This document shows positions 10,544 through 20,488 of a DNA stretch of 64,000 bases, one piece after another; the stretch's first letter is position 1; every line of letters starts with the position of its first letter. Origin of the DNA: an uncultured Chloroflexia bacterium (GTDB taxonomy: Bacteria; Chloroflexota; Limnocylindria; Limnocylindrales; CSP1-4); NCBI GenBank assembly GCA_963746845.1, contig CAVVCZ010000006.1, positions 160,001 through 224,000 of the forward strand. Direction: 5' to 3'. Both the position numbers and the translations under genes were made by a program. The notes beneath the pieces are model-generated. The model was not told where the DNA came from and did not search any database. It saw only the letters and a list, made by a program, of their open reading frames with translations.

Positions 10544-10631
10544 GACCGGCTCCTCGCCCGCCCGGCCCTCCGGCTCCTCGCCCGCCAGCCCGCCGGCCCG
10601 CCGGCCCTCCGACCCTTCTGTCATCTCGGCC

Positions 10632-10757
10632 GTGTGTCACCCACACGCGACCAAGCTGCGTCGTCGTGCGCGCGTGTCACCCACACATCCAGCAGGCGCG
10701 GGACCACGCCTCATACGTGAGCGTGGCGTCCGCTTCGTTCTCGCGTGTGCCACACGC
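10632..10757. repeat. Short intergenic palindromic repeats
   Basis: GTGTCACCCACAC at 10634 and 10674 (40-bp period); palindrome GCGTGTG-C-CACACGC at 10743-10757; preceded by C-rich repeats at 10548-10612. Confidence 0.6.
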
Positions 10758-10822
10758 AGGCCCGAGAAGAGGATGAGCTCGGGGCGCGACTCAGTCCGCG
10801 GCTCAGGCCGCGGCGTTCGAGC

Positions 10823-11482
10823 CTACGAGCGTTCCTGCCAGTTCGTGCCGCCGAGCGGGGCGCCGGGGAGCCTCTGGGGCTTGGAGCCGGTCCGCTTGTC
10901 GACCTGGTCCACGCCGCGCAGATAGAACCGGTTGACGAGGACCGTGTCGATATCCGGATCGCCGACCCGCTGGTCGCCGTACCAGGCGACCGCATCGACG
11001 ACCGCGACGAACATCTCCGTCGCCCGGTCCAGGAGCCGCTCCGGCTCCGACCCCGGGTGCAGGTAGACGGTCCCGATCACCCGGAACGGCGGCGCCTCGA
11101 GGGCGACGTCGTAGGCGACCTTGTGGACGCGATGGGCCGCCCGCTCGTCGTCCGTGAACTCCGGCAGCGAGCCCTCGCCGGCGAGGACGAGGATCAGGTC
11201 GTACGGATCGACGCTCCGGAGGCCCGGGGCGTCGGCAAAGGGCGAGGACCCGTCGATCGGCGCCCACTGGACGTCGTGGATCGCGACCGATTCGCGCTTG
11301 TTCAGGGCGTCCGAAAGCCGGCCGTCGACGTCCATCCGGCCGACGAGCCGCCACTCCTCGGTGACCCCATCGAACGCGACGCCGGTCCGCGCGACGCGCG
11401 GGGCCGCGGCCGGGGCAGATGGGCCGGCCGGCGACGCAGGCTTCGCGGCGGGCTCGGCCTTCTTCCGCCGGAGGAAGTTCAT
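10823..11482 (-). CDS. Hypothetical protein (apparently two related beta-rich domains, possibly DUF6812-like)
   Basis: GRLSDALN and FVAVVDA...VLVNR segments; coding-like codon bias. Confidence 0.65.
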   Translation of the reverse strand: MNFLRRKKAEPAAKPASPAGPSAPAAAPRVARTGVAFDGVTEEWRLVGRMDVDGRLSDALNKRESVAIHDVQWAPIDGSSPFADAPGLRSVDPYDLILVLAGEGSLPEFTDDERAAHRVHKVAYDVALEAPPFRVIGTVYLHPGSEPERLLDRATEMFVAVVDAVAWYGDQRVGDPDIDTVLVNRFYLRGVDQVDKRTGSKPQRLPGAPLGGTNWQERS

Positions 11483-11507
11483 CGGCACGCGGATCCTCTC
11501 GCGAGGG

Positions 11508-13475
11508 TCATTCCTCGGAGCTCCCGGTGTTGGCCCGGATCGTCTCGACGACGGTGGCGTCGGCCAGCGTGGTCGTGTCGCCGAGCGTCCGGCCCTGGGC
11601 GATGTCGCGGAGGAGACGACGCATGATCTTGCCCGACCGGGTCTTCGGCAGATCCGGGACGAACATCAGCGACTTCGGCTTGGCGATCGGGCTGATCTTC
11701 GTCGCGACGTGGTCGCGCAGCTCCTGTCCGAGCTCCTTCGTCGGCTCGTTGCCGAGCCGGAGGATGACGAACGCGTTGATCGCCTCGCCCGTCACGGGAT
11801 CCGGCCCGCCGACGACGGCCGCCTCGGCGACGGCCGGGTGCGACACGAGCGCGCTCTCGATCTCCGTCGTCGACAGCCGGTGGCCGGACACGTTCATCAC
11901 GTCGTCCACGCGTCCGAGCAGCCAGTAGTAGCCCTCCTCGTCGCGCTTCGCGCCGTCCCCCGCGAAGTACATCCCGGGGAACCGGCTCCAGTACGTCTGC
12001 TTGTAGCGCTCCGGGTCGCCGTAGATGCCGCGGAGCATCGCCGGCCACGGGCGCTTGAGGACGAGGTACCCACCGCCGCCGAACGGCACGGAGTTGCCCT
12101 GGCCGTCGACGATGTCCGCCTCGATGCCCGGGAACGGGAAGGTCGCGGAGCCCGGCTTGGTCGTCGTGACCCCCGGCAGCGGGGTGATCAGGATCTGGCC
12201 GGTCTCGGTCTGCCACCACGTGTCGACGATCGGGGTGTGGCCGCCGCCGATGTGCTCGTGGTACCAGACCCACGCCTCGGGGTTGATCGGCTCGCCGACG
12301 GAGCCGAGGACGCGGAGCGACGAGAGGTCGTGGCCCGCCGGATGAGCGTCGCCCTGCTTCATGAACGCGCGGATCGCCGTCGGGGCGCAGTACAGGATCG
12401 TGACCCGGTAGTCCTCGATGATCCGCCACCACCGATCCCAGGCGGGCGTGTCCGGCGTGCCCTCGTACATGACCCCGGTCGTCGCGTTCGCGAGCGGCCC
12501 GTAGACGATGTAGCTGTGCCCGGTGACCCAGCCGACGTCCGCGGCACACCAGTACACGTCGTCGGGCTTGATGTCGAAGATCATCCGGTGGCTGTAGGAC
12601 GTCCCGACGAGGTAGCCGGCCGTCGTGTGGGTGATCCCCTTCGGCTTCGCCGTGGAGCCGGACGTGTACAGCAGGTAGAGCATGTGCTCGCTGTCGAGGG
12701 CGACCGCCGGGCACTCGCCGGACTGGCGATCGACGATGTCGTGCCACCACACGTCACGGCCGTCGGTCATCGCCGTGCCGCCCTCGAGCGCGTCGCCCAG
12801 GCGACGGACGACGAGGACGTGCTCGATCGTCGGCGTCGACTGGACCGCCTCGTCGACGGCCGGCTTGAGCGCCGTCGCCTTGCCGCGCCGCCACCCGCCG
12901 TCGGCGGTGATGACGAGCTTCGCCTCGGCATCGTTGATCCGGCCGGCGAGCGCCTCGGCGGAGAACCCGCCGAACACGACCGTGTGGGGCGCCCCGATCC
13001 GAGCACAGGCGAGCATCGCGATCGGCAGCTCGGGGATCATCGGCATGTAGATCGCGACCCGATCGCCGGTGCCGATGCCCAGTTCCAGCAGCGCGTTGGC
13101 GGTCTTCGAGACCTCGCGCAGGAGGTCGGCGTAGGTGATCGTCCGGGTGTCGCCCGGCTCGCCGATCCAGTGGTACGCGACCTTGGTCCCCAGGCCGTTC
13201 GCGACATGCCGGTCGACGCAGTTCTCGGTGATGTTCAGCTTCCCGCCGACGAACCACTTCGCGAACGGCAGCTCCCACTCGAGGGTCGTCGTGAACGGCT
13301 CGCGCCAGGTGACCGTCTCGCGGGCGATCTTCTCCCAGAAGGCGACCGGATCCCGACCGGCCTCGTCGTAGAGCGAGGCCCCCGCGTTGGCCTGCGCGGT
13401 GAACGCCGGATCCGGAGGAACGGTCCGCCGTTCTGCGAGGAGGTTCTCGATTTCGGGACGCTGGTCAACGCTCAC
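11508..13475 (-). CDS. acs: Acetyl-CoA synthetase (AMP-forming)
   Basis: [38 protein letters not shown]; GGAG upstream of the GTG start. Confidence 0.96.
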   Translation of the reverse strand: MSVDQRPEIENLLAERRTVPPDPAFTAQANAGASLYDEAGRDPVAFWEKIARETVTWREPFTTTLEWELPFAKWFVGGKLNITENCVDRHVANGLGTKVAYHWIGEPGDTRTITYADLLREVSKTANALLELGIGTGDRVAIYMPMIPELPIAMLACARIGAPHTVVFGGFSAEALAGRINDAEAKLVITADGGWRRGKATALKPAVDEAVQSTPTIEHVLVVRRLGDALEGGTAMTDGRDVWWHDIVDRQSGECPAVALDSEHMLYLLYTSGSTAKPKGITHTTAGYLVGTSYSHRMIFDIKPDDVYWCAADVGWVTGHSYIVYGPLANATTGVMYEGTPDTPAWDRWWRIIEDYRVTILYCAPTAIRAFMKQGDAHPAGHDLSSLRVLGSVGEPINPEAWVWYHEHIGGGHTPIVDTWWQTETGQILITPLPGVTTTKPGSATFPFPGIEADIVDGQGNSVPFGGGGYLVLKRPWPAMLRGIYGDPERYKQTYWSRFPGMYFAGDGAKRDEEGYYWLLGRVDDVMNVSGHRLSTTEIESALVSHPAVAEAAVVGGPDPVTGEAINAFVILRLGNEPTKELGQELRDHVATKISPIAKPKSLMFVPDLPKTRSGKIMRRLLRDIAQGRTLGDTTTLADATVVETIRANTGSSEE

Positions 13476-13586
13476 GTGGGCCACTCCTGCCGGGATGTGC
13501 GAGGCGCGCCGCGAGTCGCGGGATGAGGGTCCGCCCATTCTACGCGGGCGCCGTCTCGCAAGCCCCTCGCCGGGCTGCGATCCGGC

Positions 13587-14516
13587 CTACTCGTCCGCGA
13601 GGTCGTCCTGGGACGGGGCGCTGGCGACCGGCACGGCCGTCGTGGCGTCCGCGGACGAGACGACGACCTGCCGCGGGCGCGGCAGCTGGATGCCGTTCTT
13701 CGCGAAGGCCTCGATGAGGAGCTTGCGGAACTCGCCGCCGGCCGCCCACTGCTCGGACGCCCGGACCGTGCCGAGGATCTTCAGCGTGATCCCGCGCTCC
13801 TCGATCCGCTCGACCCGCTCGACCCGCGGCGGCTCCAGGATCCGGCGGCGCCAGACCGGGTCGGCCGCCATCTGCTTGCCGAGCTCCTCGACGACCCGGA
13901 TCGCGGCGTCGATGTCCGTCCCGAACGCGACCGTGACGTCCTGGTTGATCCTCGCCCACGTCCGCGTCCGGTTGCTCGCGACATGGATCTCGCCGTTCGG
14001 GACCGTGTGGACGACGCCGTCGAGGTCGCGCAACGTCGTCCGGCGGAGGCTGAAGTCCTCGACCGAGCCGCTGACCCCGGCGAGGGTCACGACATCGCCC
14101 TTGCTGTACTGGTTCTCGATCAGGATCAGCGCCCCGTTGAGGTAGTCGCGGACGAGGCTCTGAGCCCCGAAGCCGACGGCGATCCCGATGACCCCGAGCC
14201 CGGCGACGGCCGGGCCGATGTCGAGCCCGAGGACCCCGAGGATCATGATCCCGGCGATCACCGCGATGAAGAACTGGAGGACGGCGCCGCCAAGCCCGTC
14301 GAGCGTGTCCATCCGCTTCTTGACCTCGACGGCCGACAGCTCCTGGGCGGTGCCCTCGCTCGCCTCGCGGTCGAACAGGGCCTTCAGGATCCCGTGGACG
14401 ACCAGCTTCGCGAGGCGCAGCGCGATCAACGCCAGCACGACGATCACGAGGATCCGCAGACCGTCGGTGCGCAGGAACTCGAGGATCGTGCTCAGCGGCG
14501 GCTTGTTCGGATCCAT
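13587..14516 (-). CDS. MscS-family mechanosensitive channel
   Basis: AGLGVIGIAVGFGAQSLVRDYLNG; GDVV..GSVEDFSLRRTTLRDLDG..VPNG. Confidence 0.92.
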   Translation of the reverse strand: MDPNKPPLSTILEFLRTDGLRILVIVVLALIALRLAKLVVHGILKALFDREASEGTAQELSAVEVKKRMDTLDGLGGAVLQFFIAVIAGIMILGVLGLDIGPAVAGLGVIGIAVGFGAQSLVRDYLNGALILIENQYSKGDVVTLAGVSGSVEDFSLRRTTLRDLDGVVHTVPNGEIHVASNRTRTWARINQDVTVAFGTDIDAAIRVVEELGKQMAADPVWRRRILEPPRVERVERIEERGITLKILGTVRASEQWAAGGEFRKLLIEAFAKNGIQLPRPRQVVVSSADATTAVPVASAPSQDDLADE

Positions 14517-14555
14517 CGGCGCGATGGTACCGGGCGGCGGCCGACCCGCCGGCGA

Positions 14556-15464
14556 TCAGGACGCGGCGGCGACCTCCGGGGCGAGCGCCTCGACACCGGC
14601 GCCGGCGCTCGACGACGCGGGCAGCGCCGACGGCTCGCTCGCGGCAAGCGACGAGTTCGTGAGCGCCTGGGCGAGCGACGGCTGGGCCGCGGTCGCGGTC
14701 CCGGTGCCGCCGAGCCGGACGGAGATCGCGGCCGCCGCCTCGCGCGCCTGGGCGGCAAGCTCGGGGATCCGGCGCGGCGTGAGCCGGAAGGCCGGGCCCC
14801 AGATGTCGACGGCCGCGATCACGTTCCCGCGGGCGTCGTGGACCGGGGCCGCGACGGCGTTCAGGCCCATCTCGAACTCGCCGAGCGCCGTCGCGTAGCC
14901 GCGCCGGCGGATCCGTGCCAGCTCCTCGAGGAGCGGCTCGAGCTCGGTGATCGTCCGCTCGGTGTAGCTGAGAAGGCCGCGGCGGACGATCCGGAGGACC
15001 TCCCGCTCGGCGACCGCGGCAAGGAGCACCTTGCCGGACGCGACGCAGTGGAGCGGCGTCGCGCGCCCGGTCCAGTCGCCGACGGCGATCAGGTTCGGCC
15101 CGTCAGCCTGGGCGACGGTCAGCAGCGAGTCGCCGTCGAGGACGCCGAGGCCCGTCGTCTCATGGGTGAGCCGGGCCAGCCGCTCGAGCTCCGGCATCGC
15201 GATCCCGCGCAGGTCGAGGGTCCGCTCTGCGCGCTCGGCGAGGCGGATGACGACGAGCCCGAGACGGTACTTGCCGGTCTCGTCGTCCTGCTCGACGAGG
15301 CCGCGCTTCTGGAGCGTGGCGAGGAGGCGGGACGCCGTCGACTTGTGGAGGCCGAGCCGCCGCGCGAGCTCGGTGACGCCGGCCTCGCCCTGGGAATCCC
15401 CCAGCGCGAGCAGGAGTGCCGCGGCCCGGTCGACCGAGCGAACGGCGTTTCCGTCGAGGACCAT
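14556..15464 (-). CDS. IclR-family transcriptional regulator
   Basis: SVDRA..LL..GVTELARRLGLHKSTASRLLATL; PLHCVASGKVLLA; AVAAPV. Confidence 0.93.
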   Translation of the reverse strand: MVLDGNAVRSVDRAAALLLALGDSQGEAGVTELARRLGLHKSTASRLLATLQKRGLVEQDDETGKYRLGLVVIRLAERAERTLDLRGIAMPELERLARLTHETTGLGVLDGDSLLTVAQADGPNLIAVGDWTGRATPLHCVASGKVLLAAVAEREVLRIVRRGLLSYTERTITELEPLLEELARIRRRGYATALGEFEMGLNAVAAPVHDARGNVIAAVDIWGPAFRLTPRRIPELAAQAREAAAAISVRLGGTGTATAAQPSLAQALTNSSLAASEPSALPASSSAGAGVEALAPEVAAAS

Positions 15465-15523
15465 CGATCTGTCGCTCCTGTCCTGGTGGTGGCGGTGGTG
15501 GCGTCGGTGGCCGGGACCCCGTG

Positions 15524-16927
15524 TCAGCCGGCGGCCGAGTGGGCCTGGGCGCCCTGCGGGTGCTCCGTCGTCGCGTGATGCGCCCGGTCGTCGAGGGCCC
15601 CCTGGAGGGACTCCTCGAAGATCGAGACGACCCGGTCCACGATGTCGCCCTGGGCATGGGCCTCGCACATGAACCACGGCTCGCGGCTGTCCGGCTCCGG
15701 CATCGCCCCACGGGCGTGCATCCCGAACGCCACGGCGTCGTACAGCTCGTGGTCCGAGCTCGCCCAGTCGCGATACTCGGTCGGAGCCTGCTCCGTGAAC
15801 ATGATCCCGAACATGGACGGATGTCCGGTGAAGATGTACGGGATGCCGGTGGGGTTCAGGACCTCACGCAGGCCGTCCTGCACCCGCCGGCCGGTCGCAT
15901 GGACCGTCTCGAGCGCATCCGTGTCCCGGAGGATCAAGAGGGTCTTGACCGCGGCCGCGGCCGCGACCCGGTTCCCGGCGTACGTCCCGCCGTGGCTGAC
16001 CTTGTCCGGGAGGACCTCCATGACCTCGCGCCGTCCGCCGAACGCGGCGGCCGGATAGCCGTTGCCGATCGCCTTCGCGAAGGTCCCGAGATCCGGCTTG
16101 ATCCCGAAGAACTCGGCGGCGCCACCACGGGCGAACCGGAACCCGGTCTTCACCTCGTCGAAGATCAGGAGGATGCCGAACTCCTCGGTCAGCGCCCGCA
16201 TCGCCGCGTGGAACCCGGGCTGGGGCAGGATCCCCTGCGCGTTGCCGAGGACCGGCTCGACGATGACCGCGGCGATGTCGTCGCCCTGCTCCTCGAAGAG
16301 CCGGCGGAGCAGGTCGATGTTGTTGTAGCGAGCCGGGATGATCGTGTCGGCGACCGCGTCCGGGATCCCCCGGCCCCAGGCGAGGCGGACCGGCCGGTCG
16401 GCGTCGCCGAGCTCGCTCATGTCGTCCGGGGTGACCGAGATCAGGGCGTAGTCGTGGACGCCGTGGTACTGGCCCTCGAACTTCACGATCTTGTCCCGGC
16501 CGGTGAACGCGCGGGCGACCCGCATCGCGTGCATCGTCGCCTCGGTGCCCGAGACGGTCATCCGGGCCATGTCCACCCAGCCCGTGAGCTCGCAGATCAG
16601 CTCGATCGCGCGGACCTCGTCCTCGCTCGTGAGCGAGAAGCTGACGCCCTTCCGCATCTGCTCGTTGACGTAGTCGTCGACCCGCTCGTCGTTGTGGCCC
16701 AGGATCACCGGGCCGTAGCCCATCCGGAGATCGATGTACTCGTTCTGATCCAGGTCCCAGACCATGCCGCCCTTGCCCCGGTCGATGTAGATCGTCTGCT
16801 CGCCCCAGGCGCGGAAGTTCGAGTTCGTCCCACCCGGCAGCGACTTCAGCGCGCGGTGGTACATCTCGAGCTGGCGGGTGCGCCGAAGGGTCGGGGTGTC
16901 GGAGGTCGACCGGGGGTCGGTGGCCAT
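15524..16927 (-). CDS. Class III PLP aminotransferase (glutamate-1-semialdehyde aminomutase-like)
   Basis: PGGTNS, SGTEATM, KFEGQYHG, LIFDEVKTGFR, TFAKAIGNG, HGGTYAGN. Confidence 0.88.
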   Translation of the reverse strand: MATDPRSTSDTPTLRRTRQLEMYHRALKSLPGGTNSNFRAWGEQTIYIDRGKGGMVWDLDQNEYIDLRMGYGPVILGHNDERVDDYVNEQMRKGVSFSLTSEDEVRAIELICELTGWVDMARMTVSGTEATMHAMRVARAFTGRDKIVKFEGQYHGVHDYALISVTPDDMSELGDADRPVRLAWGRGIPDAVADTIIPARYNNIDLLRRLFEEQGDDIAAVIVEPVLGNAQGILPQPGFHAAMRALTEEFGILLIFDEVKTGFRFARGGAAEFFGIKPDLGTFAKAIGNGYPAAAFGGRREVMEVLPDKVSHGGTYAGNRVAAAAAVKTLLILRDTDALETVHATGRRVQDGLREVLNPTGIPYIFTGHPSMFGIMFTEQAPTEYRDWASSDHELYDAVAFGMHARGAMPEPDSREPWFMCEAHAQGDIVDRVVSIFEESLQGALDDRAHHATTEHPQGAQAHSAAG

Positions 16928-17151
16928 GAGGAAACGCACTCCATTGGGTGGTGGACCGTCACACGCGACGGGCGTTCCGGGGGACGGAACGCTCGGACGG
17001 TCATCTTGGCATAGCCGACTGATCCACGTCAACGCGAATATCGCACGGTTGTGCCCGAATACGTGCAAATCACGAGGGTGTGGCGGCCTGATCGTCGCTC
17101 GTTCGCACCGATCCGACGATGGGCCGGCCCGCTCGTCTATCCTCGCGATCC

Positions 17152-18555
17152 ATGGAGCCCTCCGAGATTCGACCGGACGCCGAGACCGCCGTGAGCTACT
17201 GGCTGGCGGCGTCGCCGGCCGGGCCGGTGCGGGCGCCACTCGACGGGGACGGCGTCACGGACGTCGTCGTCGTGGGCGCCGGGTTCACCGGGCTGTGGAC
17301 CGCGATCGCCCTGACCGACACGGATCCGTCGCTGCGGGTGACGGTGCTCGAGGGGGCAACGGTCGGGTTCGGGGCGAGCGGCCGGAACGGCGGGTTCTGC
17401 CAGGCTTCGCTCACGCACGGCCTGGCGAACGGCATCCGGCACTTCCCCGACGAGGTCCGTTTCCTCGAGGAGGAGGGGCTCGCGAGCCTCCGGGCGCTGG
17501 TCGCCTTCACCCGCGATCACGGCATCGACTGCGACCTCGAGGACAACGGCGGCCTGACCGTCGCCGACCAGTCGTACCAGGTCGAGGAGTTCCGCGCCTG
17601 GGTCGACGAGGCGGCCGAGTGGGGCGAGGAGCTGGTCTTCCTCGATCGCGACGCGGTCCAGGCCGAGCTGCACTCGCCGCTCTGGCAGGCGGGGCTCCTC
17701 GCGCCGCCGGGCCGCGAGCTCCTCGTGGATCCGGCGAAGCTGGTGCGTGGGCTCGCCCGCGTGTGCGAGGAGCGTGGCGTGGCGATCCACGAGCACTCGC
17801 GCGTCCGGCGCGTCGAACGCCGAGCCGGCGGCGTCCGGCTCACGACCGAGGCCGGCGCGACCCTCGATGCCGACCACGTCGTCGTCGCCACCTCGGCCTA
17901 CTCGGCGTGGCTGCGCCGTCTGTCGAGCCACTTCGTGCCCGTGTACGACTACGTCCTCGTCTCCGATCCGCTGACGCCGGCCCAGCGCGCGTCGATCGGC
18001 TGGGAGCGGCGGCAGGGCACGGGCGACGCGAACAACCAGTTCCACTACTTCCGGCTGACGACCGACGACCGGATCCTGTGGGGCGGTTACGACGCGATCT
18101 ACCACTGGAACAACGGCGTGGGCCCGGAACTGGACCGGCGGCCCCAGACGTTCGACAAGCTCGACGGCCACTTCCGGCGGGCGTTTCCGCAGCTGGCGGA
18201 CCTGCGATTCCCGTACCGCTGGGGCGGGGCGATCGACACGACGTCGCGGTTCACGGTGACCTTCGGACAGGGCCTCGGCGGCCGGCTGACGTACGCCCTC
18301 GGGTACACCGGGCTGGGCGTCGGGGCGAGCCGCTGGGCGGCCGGCGTCGTCCGCGACTTCATTCTCCGCCCGGACTCGGAGCTGCTCCGGCTGCGGTTCG
18401 TGCAGAGCCGGCCGTTCCCGTTCCCGCCGGAGCCGCTCCGTTCGGTCGCGGTCAACACGGTTCGCCACGAGCTCGACCGGGCCGACCGCAACGAGGGCCG
18501 CCGCGGGCTGATCCTGCGGACGCTCGACGCCCTGGGGATCGGCTTCGACAGCTAG
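17152..18555 (+). CDS. FAD-dependent oxidoreductase, DAO/PuuB-like amine oxidase
   Basis: VVGAGFTGLWTA, GASGRNGG, YFRLT.D.RILWGG, GYTGLGVG. Confidence 0.88.
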   Translation: MEPSEIRPDAETAVSYWLAASPAGPVRAPLDGDGVTDVVVVGAGFTGLWTAIALTDTDPSLRVTVLEGATVGFGASGRNGGFCQASLTHGLANGIRHFPDEVRFLEEEGLASLRALVAFTRDHGIDCDLEDNGGLTVADQSYQVEEFRAWVDEAAEWGEELVFLDRDAVQAELHSPLWQAGLLAPPGRELLVDPAKLVRGLARVCEERGVAIHEHSRVRRVERRAGGVRLTTEAGATLDADHVVVATSAYSAWLRRLSSHFVPVYDYVLVSDPLTPAQRASIGWERRQGTGDANNQFHYFRLTTDDRILWGGYDAIYHWNNGVGPELDRRPQTFDKLDGHFRRAFPQLADLRFPYRWGGAIDTTSRFTVTFGQGLGGRLTYALGYTGLGVGASRWAAGVVRDFILRPDSELLRLRFVQSRPFPFPPEPLRSVAVNTVRHELDRADRNEGRRGLILRTLDALGIGFDS

Positions 18556-18560
18556 GCCGC

Positions 18561-18772
18561 CAACTGCCTTCGTCGCGCAGGAGGCGCCGGTGAGACGACC
18601 CCGACTGCGTTCGTCGCGCATGGGCGAGGCTGGCAAGGCGCACGCGACTGCGTTCGTCGCGCATGGGCGGCGCTGGCAAGGCGCCTCCGAGGAGCGGAGC
18701 GAGCGCACTTGGGGGTGCGTGAGCGAGCACCGCAGGAGGCAACGCAGTCCAGCGTCGTCCAGGCGCGACAGC
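18561..18772. repeat. Palindromic REP/MITE-like intergenic element with tandemly duplicated left end
   Basis: 40-bp unit CGACTGCGTTCGTCGCGCATGGGCG..GCTGGCAAGGCGC at 18602 and 18645, partial copy at 18561; long fold-back GTCGCGC.TGGGCGGCGCTGG...CCAGCGTCGTCCA.GCGCGAC. Confidence 0.7.
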
Positions 18773-18775
18773 CGT

Positions 18776-20458
18776 TCAGGCCGGGGCAGTCACCCAGTTC
18801 GGGAGCTCGCGCGAGAGGGTCGCCAGCGGCAGGGACCCGTGACCGAGCACCTGGTCATGGAACTCGCGGAGATCGAACCGTGAGCCGTCCCGAGCCTCGA
18901 GCACCCGGCGCAGCCGCTCGATCTCGCGGCAGCCGATCATGTACGTCAGGGCCTGACCGGGCCAGGCGATGTAGCGGTCGGTCTCGATCGTCGCGTCGGT
19001 CTCGGACAGGCCGGTCTCGAGCAGGAAGTCGATCGACTGCTGGCGCGTCCACCGGAGGGCGTGCATCCCGGTGTCGACGACCAGCCGCGCAGCCCGCCAG
19101 GCCACCGCGTCGAGCATCCCGAACCGCTCGGCGTCGTCCCGGAAGAGGCCCATCTCGTCGGCGAGCTTCTCGCTGTACAGGCCCCAGCCCTCGACATACG
19201 CCCCGCCGACGATCCGAGCGCCCAGCCGCCGGAAGGTCGACAGGCTCTCGTTCTCCTGCTCGAGCGCGATCTGGAAGTGATGGCCGGGCACCGCCTCGTG
19301 GTAGGTCGTCGTCGCGAGCTTCGTGTACTTCCGGCTCGGCAGGTCGTAGCCGTTCGCGTAGTAGATGCCGGGCCGCGTCCGGTCCGGCGACGGCGGGAAG
19401 TAGTAGGCGAACGGAGCGTCCTTCTCCTTGAACTCCTCGACCGCCATGACCTCGATCCCCGAGACGGGCAGCCGACCGAAGAACCGCGGCGCGACCGCCA
19501 TCGCCCGGTGGATGTCCTCGCGCGCCCGGCCCAGCAGCTCCTCCTTCGACCCGGGCGTGTTCGCCGGATCGTCCGCGAGCCGCCGCCGGTACTCCGCGGG
19601 ACTTGCGGCCCCGGCGGCCGACGCGATGGCCCGCCGCCCCTCGTCGACGATCGCCAGCTCGTCGAGCCCGATCTGGTGGACCTCCGCCGGGTCAAGATCG
19701 AGCGTCGTCCACGACCGGATCTGGGTCCGGTAGAGCGCGTCGCCCGTCGGTGCCGACCAGAGCCCGGGATCCTCGCGGGTCGCGCTCAGGTAGTCGCCGC
19801 GGAGGACGTCGAGGAACGCCCGGTCGGCCGGGTACAGGACCGCCTCGGTGATCTTCCGGACACGGTCGCGATCGGCCTCGTTCGTGACCTTCGCCATCGC
19901 CGGGACGATGGCCTGGTCGAGCGGGATCGCGAGCATCCGCTCCAGCTGGGCGACCGTCCGGTCGGCGACGATCCGCGGGGCGGTCAGGCCGGTGTCGAGG
20001 CCCTCCCGGAGGATGTCCGCGTTCGCGGCCATGTAGCCGCGGTAGCTCTCGAGACGGGCGAGGAACGCGTCCATCCGCTCCGGCGTGTCGAGCGGCTGGA
20101 ACTGGCAGATCTGCGGGAGGAGCGTCTGCGGGCCGGCGATCTGGTCGACGACCTTCAGCCGGTGGATGCCCTGGTCGTCCTCCTTGATGCTCTGCTCCGC
20201 GATGACGATCAGCATGTCCCGGGTGATCCGGTCCTCGACCGGCAGGCCCTCGGCGGGGATTGCCTCGGCCGCGGCCTTCGTCTCCTCCATGAGCCGCCGC
20301 ACGGTGGCCCGGCCCACCGGGCTCGGGTCCTCGAGCCGGTCGGCGTAGCGCTCGTCGCCGTAGACGGTGGCGGCGGTCGGGTTCAGCTCGAGGATCGACT
20401 CCCAGAACCGGTCGGCCAGCTGGTCGACGGGCGAGACGGGTTGGTCGGACACGGTCAC
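18776..20458 (-). CDS. DUF885-family protein (metallopeptidase-like)
   Basis: HEAVPGHHFQ, EGWGLYSE, RAARLVVDTGMH, RY..WPGQALTYMIG. Confidence 0.9.
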   Translation of the reverse strand: MTVSDQPVSPVDQLADRFWESILELNPTAATVYGDERYADRLEDPSPVGRATVRRLMEETKAAAEAIPAEGLPVEDRITRDMLIVIAEQSIKEDDQGIHRLKVVDQIAGPQTLLPQICQFQPLDTPERMDAFLARLESYRGYMAANADILREGLDTGLTAPRIVADRTVAQLERMLAIPLDQAIVPAMAKVTNEADRDRVRKITEAVLYPADRAFLDVLRGDYLSATREDPGLWSAPTGDALYRTQIRSWTTLDLDPAEVHQIGLDELAIVDEGRRAIASAAGAASPAEYRRRLADDPANTPGSKEELLGRAREDIHRAMAVAPRFFGRLPVSGIEVMAVEEFKEKDAPFAYYFPPSPDRTRPGIYYANGYDLPSRKYTKLATTTYHEAVPGHHFQIALEQENESLSTFRRLGARIVGGAYVEGWGLYSEKLADEMGLFRDDAERFGMLDAVAWRAARLVVDTGMHALRWTRQQSIDFLLETGLSETDATIETDRYIAWPGQALTYMIGCREIERLRRVLEARDGSRFDLREFHDQVLGHGSLPLATLSRELPNWVTAPA

Positions 20459-20488
20459 GGTGGGATCTCCGGTGCAGGTACGGTCGGT

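Noticed and set aside
18561-18684. Possible mini-CRISPR array
   Set aside because: Units are nearly contiguous, with no unique spacers and no cas genes
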